Source: a virus. Taken from it: a stretch of DNA of 41,667 nt. Each line of letters begins with the position of its first letter. Position 1 is the first letter of the stretch. Both the position numbers and the translations under genes were made by a program. Below the pieces are notes generated by a model. The model worked only from the letters and a program-made list of their open reading frames with translations. It made no database searches and was not told the origin of the DNA. Location of the stretch: UHGV virus genome UHGV-0205829; one strand, 5' to 3'. This document shows positions 18,985 to 28,033 of the stretch, piece by piece.

Positions 18985-20330
18985 TTCTTCTCAGCCTCCT
19001 CAAATCCAATCAGGTTCCGGTATGGTATCCATGCATACTGATTGGCATTAATGGTATGGTCGTTCCTGTCCTCTGGCTTGTCCTTCTCATCATCCCAGCT
19101 GTACCGGTCCAACTCGGACAGATGCTCCATGCAGGTATCAACTACCAGGTAACAGCCCTGCTGTATCCAGCCCAGCTGCAGGTTGATACGGTCCAAAATC
19201 TCCGGTCGCTTGTAGGAATCGTAAAAATTATACAGGCAGCCCTTAAGCCGCTTGTATTTGCGCAGCTCCGTGATGGTCGCCTGGTCCGCATTGTCTATGT
19301 ACACATCCTTGGCAAATCCCCAATCCTTCCGGCACTGCTCCAGGAAGCCCACAAACTTGACTGCTGTGTCACTGGGCGCCAGCGGGATGTCAAGCTTGGA
19401 ATTGTTATAGACTTTTTCGGACAGGGTGATAAGTTTCCTATCCTCCGTGATTCCCTGGAATATCATGGCTATGGTATCCGGGGACTTGGAAGAGTAGGAT
19501 GTGTCCAGGGCCGCAGTGAACTTTTTAAATTTCAGTGCCTTGGCCTGCTGGACTGTGATGACATGCTTAGACCGCTCAAAGTTGGAGAATATCAATCCGG
19601 TTGCCTTACCACGCAGGCCTTGAATCTTATTCTTCCAGATTTTCGTTCCCTTCGGGGTATTGGTCATTATCTGTTCCAGTTTTTCCTTGCTCAGGCCCAG
19701 GTTATGGGCAAAAGAAAAGAACCAATGTACCCAGCCGGGTTTTGGCTCCTCTTGCAATTCGTCTTTAATTTCCTTTGGTGTCTCTGATTCCCATTCGGGC
19801 AATGGCCGGGAGCAGTTGATATACTCCTTGTAGACATCTAGGCCAGGGTCATCCGGATTGAGCGTGGCCATCAGGTAATCACTCCGCATGGCGGCCTCAC
19901 GCACAAACTCTATGTCGGCCGTGTTAATCTCATCAATGTACAGGCATCCGTACTGGCCGCCCAGTGCATCCTTCCACTTGCGCTTGTTGCCATAGCCGAC
20001 AACAAAGATTATCTTATCACCGCCGGATGTGTGGAAGAGGATGTGGGGCATGTTATAACCACCTCCGCCGTTACCTTTGTACTCCACCAGTACGCCGAAG
20101 TCATCCAGGATACCCAGGTCCTTCTGGATGATGTTCTTCTCGGCGGCGCCTGTATCATCCGCAGCCAGGATGTGCAGCTTCTTTGGGCTTTCGGCTACCT
20201 TAAGCATGAACTTGAACAGGCCTACCGTAGTCTTTCCGGCTGCCGTGGTACCCTCCAGGAACTCCACCGGCGCATCACAACGCAGGAACGCCTTGTACTT
20301 ATCCGACAGCAGCAATCTCTCCGCACTCAT
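18981..20330 (-). CDS. terL: Terminase large subunit
   Basis: Walker A GTTAAGKT near the N-terminus. 449 aa. Follows terS. Confidence 0.85.
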   Translation of the reverse strand: MSAERLLLSDKYKAFLRCDAPVEFLEGTTAAGKTTVGLFKFMLKVAESPKKLHILAADDTGAAEKNIIQKDLGILDDFGVLVEYKGNGGGGYNMPHILFHTSGGDKIIFVVGYGNKRKWKDALGGQYGCLYIDEINTADIEFVREAAMRSDYLMATLNPDDPGLDVYKEYINCSRPLPEWESETPKEIKDELQEEPKPGWVHWFFSFAHNLGLSKEKLEQIMTNTPKGTKIWKNKIQGLRGKATGLIFSNFERSKHVITVQQAKALKFKKFTAALDTSYSSKSPDTIAMIFQGITEDRKLITLSEKVYNNSKLDIPLAPSDTAVKFVGFLEQCRKDWGFAKDVYIDNADQATITELRKYKRLKGCLYNFYDSYKRPEILDRINLQLGWIQQGCYLVVDTCMEHLSELDRYSWDDEKDKPEDRNDHTINANQYAWIPYRNLIGFEEAEKK

Positions 20331-20887
20331 TACCCACCACCACGCATCTGCTCAAGAAGGTCATCCAGTTTGGTCTTTTCGGTATCCAGGCCACCTGACA
20401 GCTCCACCTTGTCTTTGAACATCCCCAGATGACGCCCCAGGAGCTCCAATGCCTTAAGCTTATCGGACAGTTTGTATTTTTTGATATATCCAACAAACTC
20501 CTTATCCTCTCTAGCCCCCTCATAAACATCCATGACTTCCAGGCCGGCAATGCATGCCGCCGTTTCATTGTCCAGACTTGCAATATCCAATGGCTTTCCA
20601 CTGTCATCAAACAGCTTCCGGATGTCGAAGAAGCCCAATTTTGCCAGTTCCTGTAGTACCATATCCTGGGTTATCTTTGTGCGCTTCTCGCGTTCTTTCA
20701 TACGTTTCTCAATATAATCTGCAACGTTAGCATTTGTTAGCAATCTACTACCGTTAGCCCTAGCTGCTTCATCCTTCTTGACCTTCGAATACGCGACCTT
20801 GTAAGCCCTGGTGGCATTAAGGTCAATTAGGTATTCATCTGCAAATATCTTCTGTTTTGGCGTTAATGCCATCTGGCTCACCTCCAA
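20330..20887 (-). CDS. terS: Terminase small subunit
   Basis: N-terminal LTPKQKIFADEYL...NATRAYKVAY motif typical of Terminase_2-type small subunits. Confidence 0.75.
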   Translation of the reverse strand: MEVSQMALTPKQKIFADEYLIDLNATRAYKVAYSKVKKDEAARANGSRLLTNANVADYIEKRMKEREKRTKITQDMVLQELAKLGFFDIRKLFDDSGKPLDIASLDNETAACIAGLEVMDVYEGAREDKEFVGYIKKYKLSDKLKALELLGRHLGMFKDKVELSGGLDTEKTKLDDLLEQMRGGG

Positions 20888-20952
20888 TCGTTTTGGTAAA
20901 GAAAAAGAGCCGCCCGGAGGTGGCCCCTAATCATCGCCTTTTATATGATAAA

Positions 20953-21585
20953 TTATGGCTTTTCTTCCTCATCTATCATTTCAAGAACTCTTGTCACAGC
21001 ATATATATTGAACAGTTGAAAAATTGTAGAAACGAAACTAACTGTCCTCCACAGTATTATTCCAATAAAAATAAAATAAACCGCAATTAAACTTACTGCA
21101 ATCACATTATTTACTATCATGTTTAAAAATAATGTAAAACTGTCAGGCAAACAAAACATCACTATTTTCATAATCAATGTTACAATTATCGCAATAACAT
21201 ACAATAGCATTAAATATACAAAATTCTCATTGATATCTTGTAATCTACTCTTTTCTCCTCCGTCACATACTTTTGTGTCTTTTAGAAGTTGAAGTAACAT
21301 CTGTTTATTCATAAAGGCTTGTAGCAAGGAATATCCAGTGAAAATTACTCCGAAAAGTGCTAGTGAAACATTTAAAATAGCATCTATACTTTCTCTGAAA
21401 ATAGTGACTGTTTCTTTATGAATTCCGACTATGGAACCGAGGATACAACATATAACTACTAATATCCATCGTGATTTCCTATTCTTCTTTTCAACTTTAA
21501 GAGCTTTGATTGCTTTAAAAAGTAACTTTTCAGAAGGTTCAGATTGAAGTAATTGTTCAATATTATCAAGATTTAAATTATCCAT
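20953..21585 (-). CDS. AT-rich 4-TM membrane protein (moron, candidate superinfection-exclusion or Abi gene)
   Basis: ~30% GC against ~50% in flanking phage genes. Start MDNLNLD with RBS ggaggggg. Four hydrophobic helices. Confidence 0.5.
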   Translation of the reverse strand: MDNLNLDNIEQLLQSEPSEKLLFKAIKALKVEKKNRKSRWILVVICCILGSIVGIHKETVTIFRESIDAILNVSLALFGVIFTGYSLLQAFMNKQMLLQLLKDTKVCDGGEKSRLQDINENFVYLMLLYVIAIIVTLIMKIVMFCLPDSFTLFLNMIVNNVIAVSLIAVYFIFIGIILWRTVSFVSTIFQLFNIYAVTRVLEMIDEEEKP

Positions 21586-21980
21586 AATCATCCCCCTCCC
21601 AATTCCACAAATCTTACAAAAACACATCCACATCTTCTCTTCGTAACCACAGTATAGAACAAATGTTCGATTCTGTCAAATTAGAATATTTAATGAGTAT
21701 AAGCTACTCATAATAAAAGGACACCCTATCTCTAGGATGCCCTAATCGTATCTGGAAAACATCATGGGGGATAAAACCAGATACCTCACCGCTTGCATAC
21801 CCTGCGGCATTGTCCCGTAATGTACGGGTCTGTCTTATGAGGGATTACACAATACCGGTTAGTCAGCCGCCAGGGTGTGACACCTGGCGGCCGTTGCTTA
21901 AATGGGGGAGGATGCTTCCACCCTCTGGCTTCCGCATGATAGCATATTAGCACTTCTCAAGCGAACATGGCCGAACATTT

Positions 21981-22433
21981 TTAAATTTCTTCAAAAAATC
22001 TATTATTTCTTACCCGGCAGCTGTCCTCCGTAAACTTAACCCGCCTCTTTGGGAACATCCGGTTCATGGCTTGTGCCACCTTCCACCAAGGCAGGCCATC
22101 TATGTAATACAGACGGAACATGGTCCGCACCTCGCTCTTTGGTATACCCTGTATATATTCCTCCGCCTGGCAGGTCAGCTCCAGCAGTTCCGCCTCCTTA
22201 CGCGCCAGAAGCTGCCTGTACCGCTCCCTCAGCCGCTGCTTCCGATAATGCTCCGGCACGGGGTATCCCGTGACCTTAATGCTTCCTATCGTCCCATCCC
22301 GCCTTGTCCCCTTCACCGTATCTGATACCTGGTGCGGCTCCTCCAGGAACCTGTCCAGCTTCTGAATCCGTCGCCTTATGTCCTTTATCTCCTCTTTCAT
22401 CTCGCAATACTGTATCAGCACCTCCTTGTCCAT
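21981..22433 (-). CDS. Putative late-gene transcriptional activator (sigma-70 region-4-like; ArpU/RinA/DUF1492-type)
   Basis: C-terminal EVRTMFRLYYIDGLPWWKVAQAMN resembles a region-4 HTH. Sits just upstream of the packaging module. RBS aggagg N8 ATG. Confidence 0.5.
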   Translation of the reverse strand: MDKEVLIQYCEMKEEIKDIRRRIQKLDRFLEEPHQVSDTVKGTRRDGTIGSIKVTGYPVPEHYRKQRLRERYRQLLARKEAELLELTCQAEEYIQGIPKSEVRTMFRLYYIDGLPWWKVAQAMNRMFPKRRVKFTEDSCRVRNNRFFEEI

Positions 22434-22438
22434 CGGCA

Positions 22439-22738
22439 TCACCTCCTCTTCCGCTTATCCCTAGATACCACAATCGGTATCCTGCCCAAATCGTGCCCGC
22501 ATCCCTTCAATACTTGCGTCACCCTGTCCCATTCATCGGCCAGTTCTGGCGCGTTCCCATCCTCCGCCCTGACAAAGGTATATCGCTTTTGGTATAGGAT
22601 ACCCACATCACTGTAATGCTCTATCTGCTGCCGGTGCCGGATGCCCAGCATTACCATCAGTTCCGCTGCTCTGTACCGGCCGTCGTATTGGCCACAATCA
22701 TACAGGTCGTAGTACACAGGTTTTGATGCCACGTACAA
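22439..22738 (-). CDS. Hypothetical early protein
   Basis: ORF in the early operon. Confidence 0.3.
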   Translation of the reverse strand: MYVASKPVYYDLYDCGQYDGRYRAAELMVMLGIRHRQQIEHYSDVGILYQKRYTFVRAEDGNAPELADEWDRVTQVLKGCGHDLGRIPIVVSRDKRKRR

Positions 22739-22888
22739 TCACTCCCTTCGGCGGCCGGCGCAGTCCCGGGACCGGGCACAGGCTGGTATACATGTAGGCC
22801 GGCGCCGTCCGGATGCGCTCCTTGATGGCCTCGTCGGCCTGGGCGGCCAGGGCCTTGCTGCGGTCGATGCGGCTGACCTTGGACTGCT

Positions 22889-23038
22889 TACTGCCTTTCT
22901 TTATCATAAACATCCTCCACCCATTCCAGTGGTTCTCCACAATCTTGACAATAGTCTTGCCCCATCTCAACCTTGCCGGCACAGTTAGGACACTCATACA
23001 TAATGCCATGTTCCATTTCAAGCTTTATTTTAGCCATC
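22889..23038 (-). CDS. Small zinc-ribbon protein (MAKIKLEMEHGIMYECPNCAG..CQDCG), missed or misframed by the ORF track
   Basis: RBS aaagga N8 ATG with a CxxC..CxxC motif. The ORF-track 22698..23021 is a TTG-start frame overlapping it. Confidence 0.35.
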
Positions 23039-23067
23039 CTTCTTGTCCTTTCAAAATCACACAAATG

Positions 23068-23235
23068 TCAGTTTTCCTTATTTTTGTGTGGAAATTTTAC
23101 CTTATACGGACATCCCTGTATCCCGTCTCTTTGGCAGTCGATTTCTTTCTTTGATATAACCTCCGACTGTAAAACGCAAGACGTACAAGTCTTATTTTTA
23201 AAACAATTATTGCAGTCACATATTTTTGTACACAT
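23068..23235 (-). CDS. Small Cys-rich protein (MCTKICDCNNCF..CTSC..)
   Basis: RBS gaggtga N5 ATG. Eight Cys in 55 aa. Confidence 0.3.
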   Translation of the reverse strand: MCTKICDCNNCFKNKTCTSCVLQSEVISKKEIDCQRDGIQGCPYKVKFPHKNKEN

Positions 23236-23451
23236 CTGTTTCACCTCACAAATCCTAATCTACTGCCCTGTAGATAAAGGGCAAATACAAAAGTCCCATA
23301 ATGTCGTCAACTACCCTCGGCTGTATCTGGTGGTATATTAATAGCTCCAAACCTTGCCATACTAAAGCAAGCACTATGTACCACCAGCATGTTTTTAATA
23401 TCTTATCCACTGCCAGTTCCTCCGTTTAGTAAATATTAATTTTATCTGCTA

Positions 23452-23616
23452 CTATCCTGCTCGCGGAAACTGTTGCAGAAAAATACTTCATGGATTCTTT
23501 CGTGCGTGATCGTCTCGCACTCACGGCAGTTATACCGTTCGCAGTTTATAACTGCACAATCTCTACATAGACACATATCCTCTGTTTGTTTACTGCACTT
23601 TGCCATTCCTTTCTCC
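23452..23616 (-). CDS. Small Cys-rich protein (MAKCSKQTEDMCLCRDCAV.NCERYNCRECE..)
   Basis: RBS aggagaaagga ATG, directly downstream of 23625..24089. Confidence 0.3.
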
Positions 23617-23624
23617 TTAAAACC

Positions 23625-24089
23625 TTAATTTTCCAACATCGGCAGCATTGCTGGCATCTGCCCCGTCTGGTATGCCATCTCAATCTGCGGTGCAATCCAT
23701 TCTCCAGCCGTCCGTCCATCTGGCAATACAATATCGTACAAAAACTCCCGCTCCACCGTGCTGATACCAGCCTCCACCGCCTCCAGCTTAGCCTTGACAA
23801 TTAAATACAGTGCCCTCCAACGGCTTCGGCAGGCTTGCTCCCATGCAGTATGCGCCGCATCATCCGCCCGGCGTTGCCCTCGGCCCGGAGTATACCAAAA
23901 TTCTTTCGCTGACTTGTCTGGGAGAGGAAGCAGAAATCGAATCTGCCGCCCGGACATTGTAAATCCGATAACCGCCATATTAGCTTTGTATCCGCTCACA
24001 AACTGTTCTGCTCCGTGTGTTTGAACAAGCTCTTCTATATTTGCCTTCGTCCGTGCCACGGATACCGTAGTTTTTTCAGCATATGCCAT
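23625..24089 (-). CDS. Hypothetical early protein
   Basis: 154-aa ORF in the early operon. Confidence 0.4.
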   Translation of the reverse strand: MAYAEKTTVSVARTKANIEELVQTHGAEQFVSGYKANMAVIGFTMSGRQIRFLLPLPDKSAKEFWYTPGRGQRRADDAAHTAWEQACRSRWRALYLIVKAKLEAVEAGISTVEREFLYDIVLPDGRTAGEWIAPQIEMAYQTGQMPAMLPMLEN

Positions 24090-24124
24090 CTTGTACCTCC
24101 TTCTCTATCAAATGTTAATTTAAA

Positions 24125-24310
24125 TCATTTCATGATAAATCCATCTTCTGTTACGATTTCTTCGCAATTTGCCTTGCACACTGTGCAATCTGAATGATAT
24201 GAACAGTCCATAACACAAGGTTTCCCTTGCGGTCCTTCTATTGTGCACTCTCCGTTCTTATTAAGTTCTTGGCATACAAAATTGCCGCATCTGATTCCTG
24301 CATTTTTCAT
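24125..24310 (-). CDS. Small Cys-rich protein
   Basis: 61 aa with 8 Cys. ATGA overlap with the upstream methyltransferase stop. Confidence 0.35.
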   Translation of the reverse strand: MKNAGIRCGNFVCQELNKNGECTIEGPQGKPCVMDCSYHSDCTVCKANCEEIVTEDGFIMK

Positions 24311-25041
24311 GACGCACCTCCGTCAAATTTGAAATCTACCCTATCAAGGGCAATGCGATAGTTTACAGTATCTTTTTCTATCCCTATGTACTCCCGGCCC
24401 AGCTCCTGGCAGGCCACACCTGTTGTATTGCTCCCCATGCAGCTATCTAAAACCGTATCCCCAGAATTGGTGTATGTGCGGATAAAATACTTACATGCCT
24501 CTAATGGTTTTTGGGTCGGATGCAGCCTCTCACGCTGTGTATCCCATTTAAACCGCAAAACATCGCGAGGATAACGCTCCGTGCTCCCTCCTCCTGATAT
24601 GCCAGTTCGTGTCTTACCATAATTGCTGCCATCGCTTACATGCTTGGTATAGCTGTGTACTGGACTATGTCCGGTTGTTATCTGCGGATTATAAGTGGGT
24701 AGGTGCTTATAAAATATCAGTACATTTTCATGGCACTTCATCGGCATTTTAGCAGCATTCAGATGTCCAGTACCCTTTGTTTTTTCAATAATCCATTCAT
24801 ACCTGTACATTTTCAGGTTACTGCAGGCCAGCACCTTATCAAATGGGGACTGTGCCCAAAGAGCTATACACCCGTTGTCTTTAATAATCCGGCCGTAATG
24901 TTCCCATAAGCGTTTTAGGTCAATCATGCAATCCCAGCCATTGCGGGTTGTCCCATAGGGTAAATCTGTAAAAATCATATCTATGGATTTATCTTGTATG
25001 CCCGGAAGAATGTCCAGGCAATCTCCTAAAAATAATTCCAT
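24307..25041 (-). CDS. Orphan DNA methyltransferase (N6-adenine/N4-cytosine type; DPPY and HPTQKP motifs)
   Basis: Motif IV FTDLPYG near the N-terminus, then HPTQKPLEA and SCMGSNTTG (AdoMet region), in beta-class order. No adjacent restriction endonuclease. Confidence 0.8.
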   Translation of the reverse strand: MELFLGDCLDILPGIQDKSIDMIFTDLPYGTTRNGWDCMIDLKRLWEHYGRIIKDNGCIALWAQSPFDKVLACSNLKMYRYEWIIEKTKGTGHLNAAKMPMKCHENVLIFYKHLPTYNPQITTGHSPVHSYTKHVSDGSNYGKTRTGISGGGSTERYPRDVLRFKWDTQRERLHPTQKPLEACKYFIRTYTNSGDTVLDSCMGSNTTGVACQELGREYIGIEKDTVNYRIALDRVDFKFDGGAS

Positions 25042-25286
25042 GCGTTCAAGGGGCCGCTGCAGCTTTCATCCGGATAGCCCGGCCTCCCTCCTTAATCACT
25101 TAAATAACGATATAGTGGATGTGCGCCAGACCGGAACCCCTGGCCGTATGGCCCTCCATTATCTCTCCATAGGCACATCCGCTGCTGGTCTTACTGGTTG
25201 TGCATACACCAGAGCCATGCCAGCTATCTTTACGCAGTCACGGTCCTGCGAATCAGGTACCGGTATGCGCTGCTGCGTTATAAGCA

Positions 25287-25553
25287 TTACACGGGCATCT
25301 GATATGGGCAAGGGCTTCCCAGGTGACACCGGTCCATCAACTCCTCCGTTTTACCGCTCTCCAGCGCTTTAATAGCCATCTCGTAAGCCTGTATCTGTCT
25401 TTCTGCCTCTGCTATAAAGTCTATCTTGTCAGGTATCGTGTTTCCGACAATTCCCATTCGTACCATTTGCGCCCATCCCTTATCTGTAGTTTGGTAGCGG
25501 TATGTATTAATGCGTTCTTGCAGTATCGCTATTGCTCCCTGTCTGTCAATCAT
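25287..25553 (-). CDS. Hypothetical protein
   Basis: ORF with ATGA overlap to the next gene. Confidence 0.3.
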   Translation of the reverse strand: MIDRQGAIAILQERINTYRYQTTDKGWAQMVRMGIVGNTIPDKIDFIAEAERQIQAYEMAIKALESGKTEELMDRCHLGSPCPYQMPV

Positions 25554-26023
25554 ACTTCTGCCTCCTTATATGGCTCTGGCAATGGCATCCAGGCCAGCAC
25601 GTCCAGTTTCTCCCACCCATCAGTAAATGTTGCTCCGTTCCAAAATGCCCTAATCACACAGTCTGTATTTTTGACAGACACTAAATATATCTCCAGTGGC
25701 TTGTTATCATATATTGGATTCTCTTCCGGTTTCTTTGGAAGCCGCTCTTTGACCGGAATCCATCTCATACGTTTCGTTAGTTCTGATACTTCCTGGCATT
25801 TTTTGAGATAAAGCTCGTCTACTTTGGGAGCAATATTTTCATAATCCCTTAATTTTCTGGTTATATCTTGTAAGATACATCCGCAGTCTGCATCATCATA
25901 GTGCACCCACCTCTCAGCGATATCAAAAATATTGTAGGCTCCCTCCGGATCTGCTGGAACTCTATATAATATCTGCTCCCAATCTTCGACACCAACGTCA
26001 GCCTCATGTGTTAATCTTTCCAT
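25550..26023 (-). CDS. DUF551-like phage protein
   Basis: C-terminal W.PV.ERLP...V......W....W..L..WMPLPEPY pattern. Confidence 0.4.
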   Translation of the reverse strand: MERLTHEADVGVEDWEQILYRVPADPEGAYNIFDIAERWVHYDDADCGCILQDITRKLRDYENIAPKVDELYLKKCQEVSELTKRMRWIPVKERLPKKPEENPIYDNKPLEIYLVSVKNTDCVIRAFWNGATFTDGWEKLDVLAWMPLPEPYKEAEV

Positions 26024-26033
26024 AAGCTCATCC

Positions 26034-26636
26034 TCACTTTAAACTCCACCATATTTTCTGGTTCTTTCCGTATCCAGTTGCATATATTTTTACATCCATC
26101 TTAGCCTTGGCTTTCATGAGCTCAGACCGTTTAATCCCATCATCATCCGCCCGCTGCATAAGCTCAACCGCACTTACCTGGCCACCTTTCAGGACTTCAC
26201 GTAGGAACGATTCTGCCCGGTCATATTCTGTCTGGCCAAGTCCGTCCACTACATCCTTAATCCTGGCTGTCTGCACTGTATTGGCCTGGAGCTTATTGTA
26301 TATGGCCTGCTGCGAATCTGCCAATTCTGATATTTGAGTCTTGATGGATTGAAGCTCCTTAAAGATGTTTTCAAGTATCTTCACTTCCCCTCCGGATGTA
26401 ATCTGGGTCTTTTCGATTCTTTCTGGCTCTATCTCTAGTTTTTCACATATCAGGTCCCGGACCGGCTCCGGTACCATATTGTTTTTCCGCAGACTGCATA
26501 TATAATTTCTGGAACGTCCTATGGAGTAACCAAACTTCTCCATGGTCATACCTTTAGCCTGTATCATCAAAATAAGCTTGTCTACATCAATCTCCACTCT
26601 GTTCAATTCCAATATCTCCCCCTTCGTGCGCTGCAT
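26034..26636 (-). CDS. Hypothetical early protein
   Basis: ORF. Possible N-terminal HTH. Confidence 0.35.
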   Translation of the reverse strand: MQRTKGEILELNRVEIDVDKLILMIQAKGMTMEKFGYSIGRSRNYICSLRKNNMVPEPVRDLICEKLEIEPERIEKTQITSGGEVKILENIFKELQSIKTQISELADSQQAIYNKLQANTVQTARIKDVVDGLGQTEYDRAESFLREVLKGGQVSAVELMQRADDDGIKRSELMKAKAKMDVKIYATGYGKNQKIWWSLK

Positions 26637-27708
26637 ATAGCATCTTATATGCTTCCAGCGCCATCATATGTTTGGTGTAATAATACGGCTGTTTTTCTAT
26701 CCAGGCCGGCCCCATCCGGTCCAGCTGCTCCTGTTCAGCTTTTATCATGCTTTGCAACATAGCTTTATCGTAAGTCTCCAGGGTTCCATAGTCCTTGGCC
26801 TCTTTAGGTTCCTCCGGCCTATGTAACGAGCTGTTGCACTCCCACTCACAATTCCCATGCTTGACACACTCCCAACAACATTTACAGCCGCAATCCTCAC
26901 CTGTACCAGGGGTAAGTTTATATACCTCCTCCAGGGTACATTTAAATTCTGGCCTGTGAATACACTTCCCGGACTTCTCTGGTTCTTTCGGTAAACCGCT
27001 GCCCTCCTCAGCCCTTTCCGTTTCCTGTGATACTTCTGACTGTGATTCTGGTATCGGTTTTTCTTGTTGCGATATCGCAACGGGTTGTTCCCGCTCCGGT
27101 TGTGCTGGCTCTGGCAAGAGGTCCTCCGCAGATATCGTATAGGTTTGCTTCTCTGGCTGACTGGATTGCATCTCTGCCCTGGCCTGAACCGATGCGGCCA
27201 CATCTTTCGGATCCACGCCGGGGAAATCCGTCAGTTCAATCTGGCCAGGCATCTCAATATACGGTATCTCTTTGGGCTTTCTCATTTCCCTGATTTGTAC
27301 CACAGTCATATCAGGGGTGACCTGTTCAAGCTGCTCCGCATCCAGGCTTAACATTTCCTGGAGCTGAGACTTGTTAAAATCCTTGTATTTTTCGTCCAGG
27401 ATTGGGCTATTCCCATCCACGGAAAACTTGTCATTGCGTGACATATACCGGGATGTTGTGGAAGTGCTGAATCCGAACCGGTCCTTTGCATATTCATATA
27501 CATCTTTAAATCCGGCCTCTTGATATAGCTCTTTTGTATAAACGCATTTGAGGTAATAGCCTATTGCAATAACACTCCTGGCCGCTGACTTAAGATTAGC
27601 ACGTATGTAAATTTCTGCATCTTCCAGGCTGACTCCCTCATACCATTTCCGTGCTGATGTTGATTGTGTCGGTTCTGTCTCCTGCGTGCTGGTTGTTAAT
27701 TCTTCCAT
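26587..27708 (-). CDS. Hypothetical early protein with an acidic Gln/Glu-rich linker and a Cys-rich C-terminal module. Contains palindrome copy 2.
   Basis: 373-aa ORF. C-terminal CxC..CCWEC..C.WEC cluster. Confidence 0.4.
   Translation of the reverse strand: MEELTTSTQETEPTQSTSARKWYEGVSLEDAEIYIRANLKSAARSVIAIGYYLKCVYTKELYQEAGFKDVYEYAKDRFGFSTSTTSRYMSRNDKFSVDGNSPILDEKYKDFNKSQLQEMLSLDAEQLEQVTPDMTVVQIREMRKPKEIPYIEMPGQIELTDFPGVDPKDVAASVQARAEMQSSQPEKQTYTISAEDLLPEPAQPEREQPVAISQQEKPIPESQSEVSQETERAEEGSGLPKEPEKSGKCIHRPEFKCTLEEVYKLTPGTGEDCGCKCCWECVKHGNCEWECNSSLHRPEEPKEAKDYGTLETYDKAMLQSMIKAEQEQLDRMGPAWIEKQPYYYTKHMMALEAYKMLYAAHEGGDIGIEQSGD
27066..27081. promoter_or_regulatory. Palindrome copy 2 (GTTGCGATATCGCAAC), inside the coding sequence of 26587..27708
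   Basis: Exact 16-bp palindrome. Encodes VAISQQ. Confidence 0.45.
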
Positions 27709-27739
27709 GGCTCCTCCTTCCCTTTGGTTTCATATATTT

Positions 27740-28033
27740 CTAACCAGTTACATGCGGCCCTGGTTTCTTGTCTATTATCAGAATGTAGTCCCGCATTTCA
27801 GTATCCTCCACGATATAATCATCCCCCATCTTATACAGGCGCATGTTATCAAGCTGCTCATTGTTCATCTTGCACCAGAGGAAGCTTACACGGAGTATTG
27901 CCCTCATATACGCCCTCCGGGCAAGGACTTCGTCCCTGTTCATAGGGATGGCGTGGTATCCATCTTTCCCAGTATTAACCCTGTATCTTGCCAGTATCGC
28001 AGCCTCCTGCTCCTGTATCTCCATCCTTATCAC
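27740..28033 (-). CDS. Hypothetical protein
   Basis: ORF. Confidence 0.3.
   Translation of the reverse strand: MIRMEIQEQEAAILARYRVNTGKDGYHAIPMNRDEVLARRAYMRAILRVSFLWCKMNNEQLDNMRLYKMGDDYIVEDTEMRDYILIIDKKPGPHVTG

Noticed and set aside
18431-19787. Plus-strand ORFs of 206 and 277 aa antisense to the portal and terL genes
   Set aside because: Ser/Arg/Leu-rich shadow frames of strongly supported minus-strand genes. No start signals.
20905-20935. Intrinsic terminator between the moron and terS
   Set aside because: The stem has an A-C mismatch on the relevant (minus-strand) transcript. It is mentioned only as weak support for the moron interpretation and not listed as a feature.
22698-23021. 107-aa ORF from the ORF track (TTG start)
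   Set aside because: The frame overlaps a better-supported 49-aa zinc-ribbon ORF (22889..23038) that has an RBS and ATG. Only its C-terminal part (from MIKKGSKQ.., RBS ggagg) might be real. Kept as uncertain rather than called.
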